Below are positions 1 to 11,130 of a stretch of DNA of 64,000 bases, one piece after another. Under the pieces are notes generated by a model, which was given only the letters and a program-made list of their open reading frames with translations, was not told the origin of the DNA and made no database searches. The number at the start of each line of letters is the position of its first letter. Position 1 is the first letter of the stretch. The translations under genes and the position numbers were made by a program. The stretch is from Cycas panzhihuaensis (Eukaryota; Plantae; Cycadophyta): the NCBI GenBank assembly GCA_023213395.1, contig CM041465.1, forward strand, positions 147,443,741 through 147,507,740, read 5' to 3'.

Positions 1-499
1 TTGAATTGATTTTTGACCTTAAAAGTTGATAGATAACTTCATCAATAAGGGTCATGTGACTAGTCATTTCAAAGGCATCAAAACAAGCTTTCCAACTTAT
101 TTGACGAAATTGAAATCTGATACTATATGTGAAAGTTATAGTAGAAATAGTACTAGTGGGTAGAAAAGAACTAGCATTGAACCAAAAAATTGGCTTTAAC
201 TCTTTTTGTGTTTAGCATTTGGTTATCTAAAAAATGCATATGATCGAGTGGTAACAGGTTTGGGCAAACTTGAAATCAAATTCAATCGTATTAAATTAAC
301 ATTGAACTTTAGAAAAGAAAGAAAATGCCTTAAAAACATTTATCTTTTTAGAGTTCTTCAACACACGTGTCTTTGTGTCATGAAATTCATCTAAGTCTTT
401 GCATATTTGTGTTTGCGACCGATTTGGGTATCTATTTTTGTCCATCACAACTCTTCTACTTCTTCTATTCATGTCGTTTGACATTCTTCATAAGTTTTA

Positions 500-1882
500 A
501 CACATCTCATGGCCCCTCATAGGTTTATCATTTCACTATTGAATGGTGGTGCCCTTTATTCTTCACAGCATGCAATACATCTCTCCTTGTTATGGTGGCC
601 CATTGACTACTTTTCACACTACTTGCAACCTCCAAATCTTCAACATCTCTTCTTCAGGTGCCCTTGCTCAGTGTCTCACATTTGATGAACTCCTTCAAAC
701 CCCAAAAACATTTTTAGTCTTCTTACAACACATCTCAACCTTGCCTTAGGTCAATGATGGATTTGGTGGCTTATCTTTGCTTTTCATATCTTATACAACC
801 CTTTTGTGGATGGTCAGCAACATATAATATTTGACTCTTAGTCTCCTTGTGGGTTTCTCCTCAATAACGTCGCCTCTTTGTTTCTTTCTGCCCTACTTGG
901 GCTTCACATCCAACAATATTCATGTTCCAATGTGAGTGAGTTCAAGTTCTTCAAACCCTTTTGGGCTTGTTCTCAACCGTAGATCTCACTTCATGGGTTT
1001 CATTGTGCCTTTAAAATCATTTGGCTCTATAGATGCCTTTTCCTAGGCATGAATTTTTTGAGGTTTCATAGACTTACCAACATTTTTGCACAACTTTCGC
1101 TACTTCAGCTACCATATTCTACCTACAACGTTCAAATTTCTTGGAAGTGCCAACTAAATTTCAATAGCATTCATTCTCAAGAGCATCTCTAAGTCCACTA
1201 TGTGGGCTTCATTTAGCTAGCAATTGCTAACTTCACATCGCCATAAGAAGGTGATAAGGCCTACATCGACAATCTTCTCATACAAACTAGTAGCACTCAC
1301 TTCCCAACTGATGTGGGTACTCCACTTTAAACAATAGGTCATCATGACCTTATTATGCCCATATGAACTTTCTCTACACCACCTGAGAATCAATCCAATT
1401 ATCAGTCTTATATCCCTCCGATCGAAAAAAATAAAATAAAATACTAAAATATAATTGAGTATGTGGACCAAACTTTAAAATCCCTGTGTGCTTAATATAG
1501 GTGCACCACATGCATAAATATAGTCCACTAAATCACTTCCAAAAGCAATCTCACTATAAATTTGAGATCTTGGCTTCATAATTCACGTAATCCTTACCCG
1601 TTTCCCATATTAGGCATAAAATCCATAAATAGGTTTTGTTGAAACACCTTTAAGCAAATACAATTAATGTATCTAAAAGATATTTGGCATGCATGATTTC
1701 TTCGGATATAAGAGGACTCTAGCATGGGAACAATGCCCAAGATCTTCATGGCAACAGATCTCTACTTACCTCTATTTATTGCTCTAAAGGAATCCTTAGC
1801 ATCCAACAATCAAACCATGGTCACCAAAGATCATTCCATCAACTCTAATACCAAATGTTGGGAATAAAGGGTGCTCTGATAT
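500..1882 (-). mobile_element. Old LTR-retrotransposon remnant (outermost host): decayed internal region, degenerate tRNA-iMet PBS and start of its 5' LTR, which resumes at about 16315-16530
   Basis: ACTCTAATACCA at 1842-1853 (reverse complement of degenerate TGGTATCAGAGC), then TGTTGGG at 1856. After removing 1883-16314 the sequence continues to CCAACA at 16530, matching the TGTTGG terminus. That continuation shares AAAGATGAAATATGCAC and TTCAAGTATT with the LTR-like segment at 41575-42181. Left boundary is arbitrary. Confidence 0.45.
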
Positions 1883-2249
1883 TGTAGGAATGAGTGCATA
1901 GGAGTAGGAGACATGTCATAAAGCACATGTGAAAAGTGCACAAGAAATGACAATACGAGAAATGACTCACAACTCTCCAAATCTCATTAAGAGAATATGC
2001 AAGGTACAAATACATATTTATAACTTTACACTAAGTCTAAATGTAGGAGGTGGTTCAACAACTCCCATTATTTTTGGTGTGTTCAAACTACCTCATTAAT
2101 AGTTGAGCATCTTTGACTTCTAGAACCTTTGACTAAGAATCTTCTCTCACTAGAATATTCTCATCAAGAATATTCTATGTGAGCAATTATTCTAATGAAA
2201 TGAAATGAACTTAAATGGACATGTAATAGGAATGTACATTATTCCAACA
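1883..2249 (-). repeat. 3' LTR of element A
   Basis: TGTAGGAATG...ATTCCAACA; about 14 differences in 367 bp versus the reconstructed 5' LTR (hand count). Confidence 0.93.
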
Positions 2250-2259
2250 CCTTCCCATA

Positions 2260-2480
2260 ATGTTAAGTTCATTTCCTTACATAAATATCAGTGTCCTAAG
2301 TCTCTCAAAATTTCTTACAACTTAAAGTCTAAGTGAGAATACAACTTGAGGGACAATACATCAACTTAACTATGCCGTGCTTTATATGCTGTCGAATAGA
2401 ATGATGGTGATCTTCCACAAGCTTGACTCTGTCATGGAATCCCAATTCTTCGATAGTTGGAAGGCATTTTGTTGTAGTAG
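2260..2480 (-). pseudogene. Decayed Copia RNase H C-terminus
   Basis: Hand translation with frameshifts: QNAFQLSKN/GFHDRVKLVEDHHHSIRQHIKHGIVKLMYCPSS...KKF/RLR...NELNIMGR. Fits the Copia motif FHxRxKHIExxxHFIR and parallels the end of the Copia at 31175-31405 (NELIIKEG). Confidence 0.7.
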
Positions 2481-2589
2481 AACAACTGAAGAAGTCAAAA
2501 GAAATCAATTAAGTCCAAAATGGCTTTTCAAATGCTATGACTATTGCTTTGCATACCGTCTTGGTGGAATAAGCTATCCACATCAAGAG

Positions 2590-2829
2590 ATCAACAAGAA
2601 TAAGGTGCTATACATATCCTATCGTTGATTTGGCCTTTAACTGCTACAAGAGATCAACCAGAATCAAGTGGTCAAATGCACATCCTGTCGTTGATTTAGA
2701 TCAACCAAAACTAAGTGTCATCCACATCTTATCGTTGAATTGACTCAACCAGAACTAAGTGGTTAATGCACATCCTGTCGTTGATTATGATCAACCAGAA
2801 CTAAGTGTCATCCACATCATGTCGTTGAT
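2590..2829. repeat. Five 40-46 bp units, each bounded by the inverted repeat (A)TCAAC...GTTGA(T)
   Basis: Units start near 2590, 2653, 2700, 2744 and 2790; consensus ATCAACCAGAACTAAGTG-(GTyAATG/TCATC)-CACATCCTGTCGTTGAT. Confidence 0.85.
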
Positions 2830-3679
2830 TTACCTTTGCAGTTGCCTTTACAAAGCTCCCAAAGAGGATTTCATCATCCTCTTGCAGTACATACTAGTTG
2901 TGATTATCAATGCGTGAATATCACGCTCATTATCCTGCTTCTCCAAATATCATAATCTTGGTATGCAATATCGTGCTTGATTTTATGCACTATTGTCATT
3001 TTCCAAGACATTGTTGCTTCATAGAATTGTTAGGTGTTTTTCATTAACACCACAACACTGCTATATCATCGCCATAACACAATAAGCTACAATAAGCTAC
3101 CCAACTCACAAATGAAAGAGTTTGCGGTAGACAAAGGTATGATAAGTATTATGCAGGTTGATAAGAGTTATATACTCTATAATTCAACAACACAAGTCAC
3201 TCGTCTCCTTCAGTTTGAGACTAGATATTTTTTAAGAGTAAGCAAGTATCAAGACTTTGATAAAATATTAAGAGTCATTTTGCATCATATGCAAGCAAAT
3301 AAAGATGAGCAATCTACTCATCAATTACTAGCAAATTGATGAATGCTAGTGTTCTAGGTTCCAATTCTGCCACGTCATGTCGTGTCATGTCGTATGACAC
3401 CATGTTGTGATATATTGTGCTGCACCATGTTGTCTTTAATTGGATATGATTAGGCTTCCTGTCTTCTCCTTCAACAACTCCCATAGGTCTTTGTAAGACT
3501 GGAAAGTGTTAGATTACATAGAACTTACATTTTGCTTTAGTGAATCTAGCAAATTTTAGCTAGTAATTCACAGATATTTTATAAAGTCTGTAATTAAGAA
3601 AAGTAAGGAGAATTAGTGTTTAAATCACTGCAAGTGTGAGTGTTATATCACTCAGTGACCACAAGGCGAATTACACTTA

Positions 3680-4600
3680 AAAGAGTACAAATAAAAAGGT
3701 TTAAAACACCTTTAACATACATCATTAAAGAGGAAGAAGTACATTAAAAGATCCTCTTAAAGTGCTTTAAAAGATGACTAAGTACTTTAAAAGCTCCCCT
3801 TACAAATTCATCTCAAGTACATTGAAAAATCCTCTTCAAATAGAGTCAAAGATATACTCTAATGAGGATTGAGTATATAAGAAAAAACCTTGAAGTACTC
3901 TTACATTGAAGCCAATAAAATACCTTTTTAAAAGAAGACAAACTCCTTAAGGTATTATGCCCTTGAAAGAAGACAAAATAAAGCTTGATAGCTTAATGTC
4001 TTCATGAGGTATCACATCCTTTTATACCACTAAGGATAAAGTACATTGAAAACCTCTTTAAAATACTCTTTGAATGTCGCCTTAAAAACATATAAAGAAG
4101 ATAAAATGTTTAAAAATCTTCTTGAAATATGCTTTTAAAATAGAGCCAAGGTGTACTTTTAAAAACAGGACAAATTATATGACAAAAGACCTCTTAAGTA
4201 CCCTTTACATGTCGCCAAAAAATGCTCCTTTAAAAGGAAGAGGATGAACTGCTTTAATAATCCCCTTAAAACATCTTTATGCCACCAATAACATCTCCTT
4301 TAAAGAGGATAAATTACATTAAGATCCTCTTATATACCACTAATAATGTATCTTTAAAGAAGAGGATAAAGTGTATTTAAAATCCTCTTAAGGTACTTGT
4401 TATGCTGCCAAAAAATGATCTTTTGTGCCACCAATAGATACTTTTAAAGAGGATTAAGCACTTTAATACAATCCTCTTAAAGTATCCTTATGTCGCCAAA
4501 AAATATCCCTTAAAAAAAGGATAAAATACATATCAAAAAAGTTCCCTTGAAGTGCCCTTTTTATGTTGCCAAAGGATATACCTTAATGAATGATTAATGT
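3680..4600. repeat. Degenerate array of 60-80 bp hairpin-forming units (AAGAGGAT...ATCCTCTT stems)
   Basis: Clear stems at about 3726-3760, 4303-4331, 4360-4389 and 4437-4486, separated by a recurring TATGyyGCCAAwAA linker. Confidence 0.75.
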
Positions 4601-5403
4601 TAAAGATTTATAAAACTTTAAACATTAAAAGTAACTCATTATCAAAAGAGGTATATTCTTTTGAATATACTTAAATTTATAATGTAATGTTTCAACACAT
4701 TACAAAATCCTCCAAATAAATATTAAACCGAGTCGAATTCGACTCGCAACGGCTCTAGCGACTAATTCAACAGCGGCGACGTTTAGCTCGTTCCATGACT
4801 GTGGCGGTGGTGGCTGGACAGCGAGGCGCAGGACATCTAGCGGCAGGGCTTCGAACGACGGTTCCTCTGACTTCTGGCGGCTCCATCTGGCAGTCTGGAC
4901 AGGCTCCCCTTGGCAGTTGGTTATCAATGAATAGAGGGAAAACAGAAGGGCGTCTAGTTGTAGACCATGCAGTGGCGGCTGAGTGAACAGAGCCGACTCA
5001 ACTGGCAGCTTCCTTACGTTGCGTGTAGGTAGCTCTGTGTACAATGAGGGTGGCAGCAGCTCCATGTGATAACTGAGAACAGCGGTTCTGATGACCAGTA
5101 AAGAGCTAACTCCCCATAGACGGACGAGCTTTCATAGCCCAATGGGAGATGCCAGTTGTTGCCTTGGACGGTAGGTTTTCTCCTCAAAGAGCAGCAGCTA
5201 AACAGTCACACAAAAAAAGCAGCAATCTTTGAACATTATGAATGGCTGAGTCACTCTTCTATTCACAAATGTATTCTGAGTTAACTAGTCACTAAAGATA
5301 GTATTTAGCACAGAATACAAATAAATATAAGTTTAAGGGAAGGACAAGCTTCTTAATACAGAACCTAGTACAAACATGCAGAAATCAAATGTCAAGAACC
5401 TAA

Positions 5404-5415
5404 GCTCTGATACCA
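5404..5415 (-). promoter_or_regulatory. Primer-binding site (tRNA-iMet) of element A
   Basis: GCTCTGATACCA = reverse complement of TGGTATCAGAGC, directly adjacent to the LTR. Confidence 0.92.
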
Positions 5416-5544
5416 TGTAGGAATGAGTGGATAGGAGTAGGAGACATGTCATAAAGCGCATGTGAAAAGTGCACAAGAAATGACAATACGACAAATGACT
5501 CGCAACTCTCCAAATCTCATTAAGAAAATATGCAAGGTACAAAT
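5416..5544 (-). repeat. 5' LTR of element A, PBS-proximal (U5) part, interrupted by the Athila-like insertion
   Basis: Matches 1883-2011; ends in TSD CAAAT. Confidence 0.93.
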
Positions 5545-6429
5545 TGTTGACTTATAGATTTCACACCCCTTATGAGATCAATACACTTGTCAAGGTTACA
5601 CAGGTTATAGTCTGGTTTAGGACACAGTCAACATCATCATCCACATAGTTCACATAGATTTATTAACATTTCCACATGATTACAACACAATGGCACATAG
5701 CAGTACAAAGATCAACACATATTCCACATTCAATCTTTGCAAACACAGAGAATCCAGAATTTCCATGCAACTCTTATTTTATTAAGCAATAAGTTCTTTT
5801 ACACAAGGTGCTGGAATGCATTCCCTATGCATTCCAGCCTCATACATTCACTCTGTCACATGCGTACCCAGGAGGTACCCATCAAAATACACGGCTTAGG
5901 TTGTTGTCATACGTACTGGTCTCCATACCAATGCGTACTGGAATACTTGGCTCTCACCCTTGAGAGTATACCATAGGATTGAATCACTTGGCTCTCACCC
6001 TAACCGAATGGTCCTTAGGAAGCTTCATAAATATGCTCCTTTGGTGTCCTTTGGCTGAAGGGTTATGACTGTCTATCATAACCATAACTTTTCAGTCAAG
6101 CGTACCTCTTCCTAACCATTGGTTAATTTTCTTAATTGACTATCTTATCTCAGTGCATGCGTGCATGCGTGCGTGCGACATCATCCTAGGCTTCCTTCTG
6201 TCTAGTCTTCTCGTGCGTACCATTTATGTTTGCTTGCATTCTGCCTAGAGGTACGTATCTATGTTGCGTACCTTTACCAAGTACGCACCTGTCATACGTA
6301 CCCAGAATGATGAACTCTTCACTTCTTGCTACATGCGTACCTTCGTATGGTCCGTACCTGCACAATCCAAGGATACCCAGTCTCTCTCTGGTCTGCCCAT
6401 AGTCCAGCCTGTCACAATATGCTCCAACA
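5545..6429 (-). repeat. 3' LTR of the Athila-like element
   Basis: 885 bp, aligns end to end with 15194-16066. Confidence 0.95.
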
Positions 6430-6512
6430 TCTATCCCGGGTCAACATGAAGGGTTTGAGCATCCTTGTTCAACAAAATTTCAAAATTCGAGGTTTTCCTC
6501 CTCCTCCCCTTC

Positions 6513-7865
6513 TCAAGGCTGCTCCTGTGGCCGCTGTCCTGTAGCCAGAATTTCTTCATTAATTTGGGTTAGTGTGGCAATTATTGCATCTTTTTCTTTA
6601 AGTTTTTCCTTAAGGGCTGCTATTTCTGCTTTGTATGCTTCCTCCATTTCCATAATTAACTGGATGATTTGACTTGATTTATTATCCAGTGGGGGTGGTG
6701 CTGATGTCTCTTCCGTTTCCATTACGGGCGGAAAGTCTTCCCATTCTTCCAAAGAATGTTCTACTTCTTCTGCTTCTATTGGTTCTTCCTCATCCTTCTT
6801 TCTTTTGCTACTCTTCCTTATGGTTTGCTTAGCCCAATGAGGAATGGGTGTCCCAAGGGTTTGTTGTAACCATTTGAGAACTTTATTCATTTGCTTTTGG
6901 ACCCTCTTTTTTAATTCCTGATTTTGTGTCGTATCCGAAAATTCAGTCACCCACCTTTTAATTAAGGGTTCCTTTGGAGAAGTAGTTGTTTTTATCAATT
7001 GTACATTTGGACATTGATAAAACAGAATAGCTAACAACAATGAAGGATGACGAAAAGGATAAATCATTATCTCCACGAATCTCTGCGCATGTTGTTATGC
7101 GCGAGAATTGACCAATCCATTTTCTCTCCATCCTGAATCTTTAGTAGTATTGGCATCATTCCCCCTGGAATATATGTGTATTTCCTCTTTGATAAAAACC
7201 TGGAATTAACGACTTTTGCTATCCACTGCAATCGGATATCTTTTATGTCTGCCACACGGATTTCTCTTGAAGTCAGTTGTGTATTTTCTTGGCAGAATTC
7301 TTTTAACCATAGCTCACGGTCCACTTCCGATCGCTTGGTTGCCGCGGGTACTTCCCCTTCGTTGGGAAGTCCTGTTATCAAATGCACAATCTCTGCATCT
7401 AACTTAATTTTGCTCATATCCTTTTTTAATTGTGCTAAGATGCTTTCCATAATTTCTGGGTCATAATACATGGGGTTACAATATATGTACTCTCCCCAAG
7501 CAGTTTGCTTGATCTTGGTCTGAATTGAGAAGGTAAAGCTTCGAGGTCTTTCCTTAATTTAGATAGAAAAGTCTCCTGACAACCTATTGTCCTCATGATG
7601 GCTATGGGATTCCAAAGAGAAAACTGAAATAACTTGGAATTATAGATACGAACCCTACATGCGTACCTTTGCTGGTATTGTCACTGTTTTCTGGAATTAT
7701 AGCTGCTGATTTGAAGCTGGATTTCATCCTTCTGTCTCCCTGGATCGCAAGGGTTTCCCTCGGCTGCTTGCTGTTGAGAATCCGAGCGGAATGGTCCTTG
7801 ATTTCCTGTTGTGTTTCGCGCAGGAATGCTTGCAGGTACGTAATATATACTTTTGTCTTATTCAA
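6513..7865 (-). pseudogene. 3' extra ORF downstream of integrase (plant-mobile-domain / Athila ORF2-like region plus coiled-coil tail), broken into three pieces
   Basis: Sense-strand ORFs 7602-7865, 7067-7471 (IVHLITGLPNEG...IQDGEKMDWSIL) and 6513-7076 (acidic stretch, then heptad-like EEAYKAEIAALKEKLKEKDAIIATL). Family assignment is by motif recall only. Confidence 0.6.
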
Positions 7866-7939
7866 CTATTTTCTTCTATGCGTACTTCGGCTACATACTT
7901 TTTCAAGTACGCATAGTGTAAACCGATTAACTTGTCCAC

Positions 7940-8180
7940 TTTTTAACTGTGTGTACCCCGCAGCGTACTTTTCTGGTATGTATAATGTATTTTGGCCTAT
8001 TTTACACAGTGTGTACCAGATAGCGTACTTTTCTCGGTATGCAAAGTGTATTTTGCCTTATTTTATACAGTGCGTACCAGATAGCATACTTTTCTATATG
8101 TATAATGTATTTTGACTTGTTTTACACAGTGCATACCTAGTAACATACTTTTCCTGGTACGTATAGTGTATTTTGTTGGT
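7940..8180. repeat. About four copies of a 60-bp tandem repeat between integrase and the extra ORF
   Basis: Unit approx. TTTACACAGTGTGTACCAGATAGCGTACTTTTCTGGTATGTATAATGTATTTTGnCyTAT. Confidence 0.85.
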
Positions 8181-8399
8181 ATGTATGTGAAAAAATCAGA
8201 TTTTTTGATAGAATTTTTTTCTTATTGCTTATGTATATGGTATGAGTTACAATTGTTTTTCCTTGTTTTTTTAATTTTTCTTTTTGTATTTTTGTTTCCA
8301 TACTGAACTAGATCACATTCTGGTATCAAGGCAATTCGATTTGCCTCAACTTCATGCAACACGCTATGGTACAACCAGTTGATCCGGCTGGTAAGCTAG

Positions 8400-9500
8400 T
8401 CTATTGGATGTACGGTTTCAACCGGATACCATTCACTTGAGTTGGTGGCAATGGCCCATCAATTTACCGTAGTTGCACTGATCCATTCTCGAAGATTTTC
8501 TTTGCGATGTAAGGTCCTAACCATCGCATCTTGAGTTTGCTGGGGTGCATTTTGAACTTACTGTCGTAGAGCAACACTTGGTCACCTTCTTTAAATTGAG
8601 GTTTGCGTAAATGTCGATCATGCCACGCTTTTTGTTGTTTGTTTTCTATACTTTGCAACCATTTTGCCATATATCGTTTCTCTTCTAATCGCACCAATTC
8701 TTCCAATCGTTGTCGTAAGGATTGAAAGTCGTCTAATCGACACTGCATGGCGGTTCTTAGGCTTAGTATCTCAAACTTTGTCGGAAGAATGGCCTTTGTT
8801 CCGTAGACGAGCTGGAATGGAGTCTGTCCAGTTGACCTTTTATAAGTTGTTCTAAATGCCCATAACACGGATGGCAGTTTCTTGGCCCAATCAGATCTGC
8901 CAACGTCACATATTTTTCTTAAGCAGTTTTCAATTATTTTGTTTGAACTTTCTACTTGCCCATTTGCCCTTGGGTAGTATGGTCTAGACTTCCGATGGCT
9001 TATCATAAAGGCCGATGTCAATATCTCTATAGTTTGATTCAGAAAATGGGCACCTTGGTCACTCACAATCTCCAGAGGGCATCCAAAACGTGTAATAACC
9101 ATTTCGTATAGCAATCGGGCCGTACTTTCCACATCTGCTTTTCTTAAGGCTCTTGCTTCTACCCACTTAGTCATGTAATCCGTTGCCACTAGGATATATC
9201 GAGCTTTAGATTGTCGGGCGGTTGGTTTAATTGGTCCAACGAAGTCGAGTCCCCATTTCTCGAATGGTGCCAGAGGTAGAATGGGATGTAGGGGTTGGAA
9301 ATCTTGCCGATTAGGTTTCCCAACCCATTGACAATAGTCGCAGGGTTGAATCCATCTTCTTACGTCTTCGAACATGGATGCCCACTAGAATCCGGACATC
9401 AAGATTTTCCTCCATGTGGCTAATTTACCCATGTGTCCACCCGCTACCCCTTCATGTGCTTGGGACATAATCTGGCTAGTCTCGTGTGGCCGGACGCATC
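8400..9500 (-). pseudogene. Integrase of the Athila-like element
   Basis: HHCC zinc finger (AHEGVAGGH...CDYCQ), WGLDFVGP, IVSDQGAHF, NGQVESSNK catalytic motifs, GPY motif; main ORF 8464-9375. Confidence 0.95.
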
Positions 9501-9689
9501 GCCGCAACACTTCATCTGGTCCCAGTTTATATAATTCTTCGTTTATTAATTGATACGGTTCTGCTTTTCTGACAAAATTCCGCCATTCCGTACGGTCCAA
9601 TTCTATCGGCACTTCCCCAGTCACTAAGTACTCTGGTATTCCCTTATACCAGTCCGTTGGAACTGCCTCTACGCTGAACAATGCTGCAT

Positions 9690-11130
9690 CTGTTGTATTC
9701 CCTTTCCCAGGTTTCACGATGGTTTTAAAAGAAAACTCCTGAAATAGCAGTAGCCATCTACTGATTTGCCCTCTCATTATTGGTTTGTTTACCAGATACA
9801 TCAATGCTTGATGGTCCACAAAGAACAAGAATGGATTTGCTACTAAATAGTGTCGAAACTTCTGCAATGCATACACCATCCCGAGCGCTTCTCTTTACAT
9901 GCGTGGTATAATTACATTACGCCTTTGTGAGTTTCTGACTTGCGAAGTATATCGGATAGTCCATCTTGTCATCACTAGGTTGGGCCAATACGCATCCAAT
10001 AGCGTATTGTGAAGCATCCACATGTACATGGAAGGTTTTCTTCCAATCAGGAAATCGTAGTATGGGTGCTGATATGATGGCTCGTTTTAATGCTTCGAAT
10101 GCTTGCTGTTGTTCTTCCATCCATTCCCATTCAAAATTCTTTTTTAACAATTCCTCCAGGGGTACCGATATGTATGCATATCCCCTGATGAATTTTCTAT
10201 AATATCTGGTTAAACCCAAGAAACATTTCAATTGTCTCCTCGTGAGTGGTGTAGGAAAGTGTAAAATTGCAGATACTTTGGCTTGATCTGTCAGCAATCC
10301 CTCCTTGCTGATGATGTGTCCCAATAGATTTCCGAAGGGTACCAAAAAGGTACATTTCTCTGGGTTTAAACACAACTTATTCTCTCGACATGTCTGTAAC
10401 ATTTCCCTCAAGCTTTCCATATGATCTTTCATCAATCTGTATAACATCCAATCGTCTAAGAATACTTCCACTCTTTTCCCAATAAATTTCCGAAATATGT
10501 TGATCATGATCCTTTGGAATGTGGCCGGTGCATTCATAAGACCGAATGGCATTACTTTGTAGGTGTAAGTTCCCCATTCTGTCATGAATGTGGTCTTTGC
10601 TTGGTCCTCTGGGGCAATCTGCACTTGATTGTACCCACTAAATCCATGGGTGAAGGAATATATCTCATTTCCTTCCACCGCTTCCAAAATGTCATTTGTA
10701 AATGGTAACGGAAAGGGATCCTTCTTCGGTACCTTATTCGGTTGTCTGTAATCCACATAGACACGTATTTTCCCATTCTTTTTGGGAACTACTACTATAG
10801 GGCTCACCCAGTCACTGTAGTCAATCTCGTAGATGTATCCTGCTTCCAGCATCTTATCTAACTCTGCTTTCACTTTTTCTTTATACCTAGGATTCATGCG
10901 GTATGGTCATTTGCTTCCTTTGGTTTTGCTTCCTCTACCAAATCAATGTGATGCATTCCTATCTCTAGGGGAATACCTTTTAGGTCTTTATATGACCACG
11001 CGAATATGTCACGGAACTCCTCGAACAATTGCTGAGCCTTCGCTACTGTTTGATTATCCCAATAGTTTCTGATTCGTATCAGTTTGGGATCCTCTTCTTT
11101 CTTGACATTAATTTCCATAGTTTTTAATTT
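9690..11130 (-). pseudogene. Reverse transcriptase and RNase H of the Athila-like element
   Basis: WVSPIVVVPKKNGKIRVYVDYR, MPFGLMNAPATFQR, VFLDD; RNase H VHVDASQYAIG and VDHQAL; ORFs 9917-10897, 9385-9879, 10894-11427. Confidence 0.95.

Noticed and set aside
2590-4600. Repeat arrays as CRISPR-like arrays
   Set aside because: No unique spacers between constant repeats, no cas genes, eukaryotic retroelement context.
4700-5065. 121-aa ORF in the GC-rich block of element A
   Set aside because: No recognisable domain; open frames on both strands are expected from the local GC richness of a leader region.
5088-5140. CTGATGA as a hammerhead ribozyme core (retrozyme idea)
   Set aside because: No stem II plus GAAA and no matching stems I/III around it.
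5940-6000. tRNA-Glu gene or SINE inside the LTR
   Set aside because: Only anticodon-arm sequence matches; no acceptor stem, T arm or B box. Kept as a priming-related finding instead.
6513-7865. True envelope (env) gene
   Set aside because: No clear signal peptide, transmembrane anchor or fusion-protein motif; the hydrophobic start of ORF 6513-7076 lies at a frameshift junction.
7669-8306. Plus-strand ORFs with YF/CV periodicity
   Set aside because: Artefacts of the 60-bp tandem repeat and T-rich sequence.
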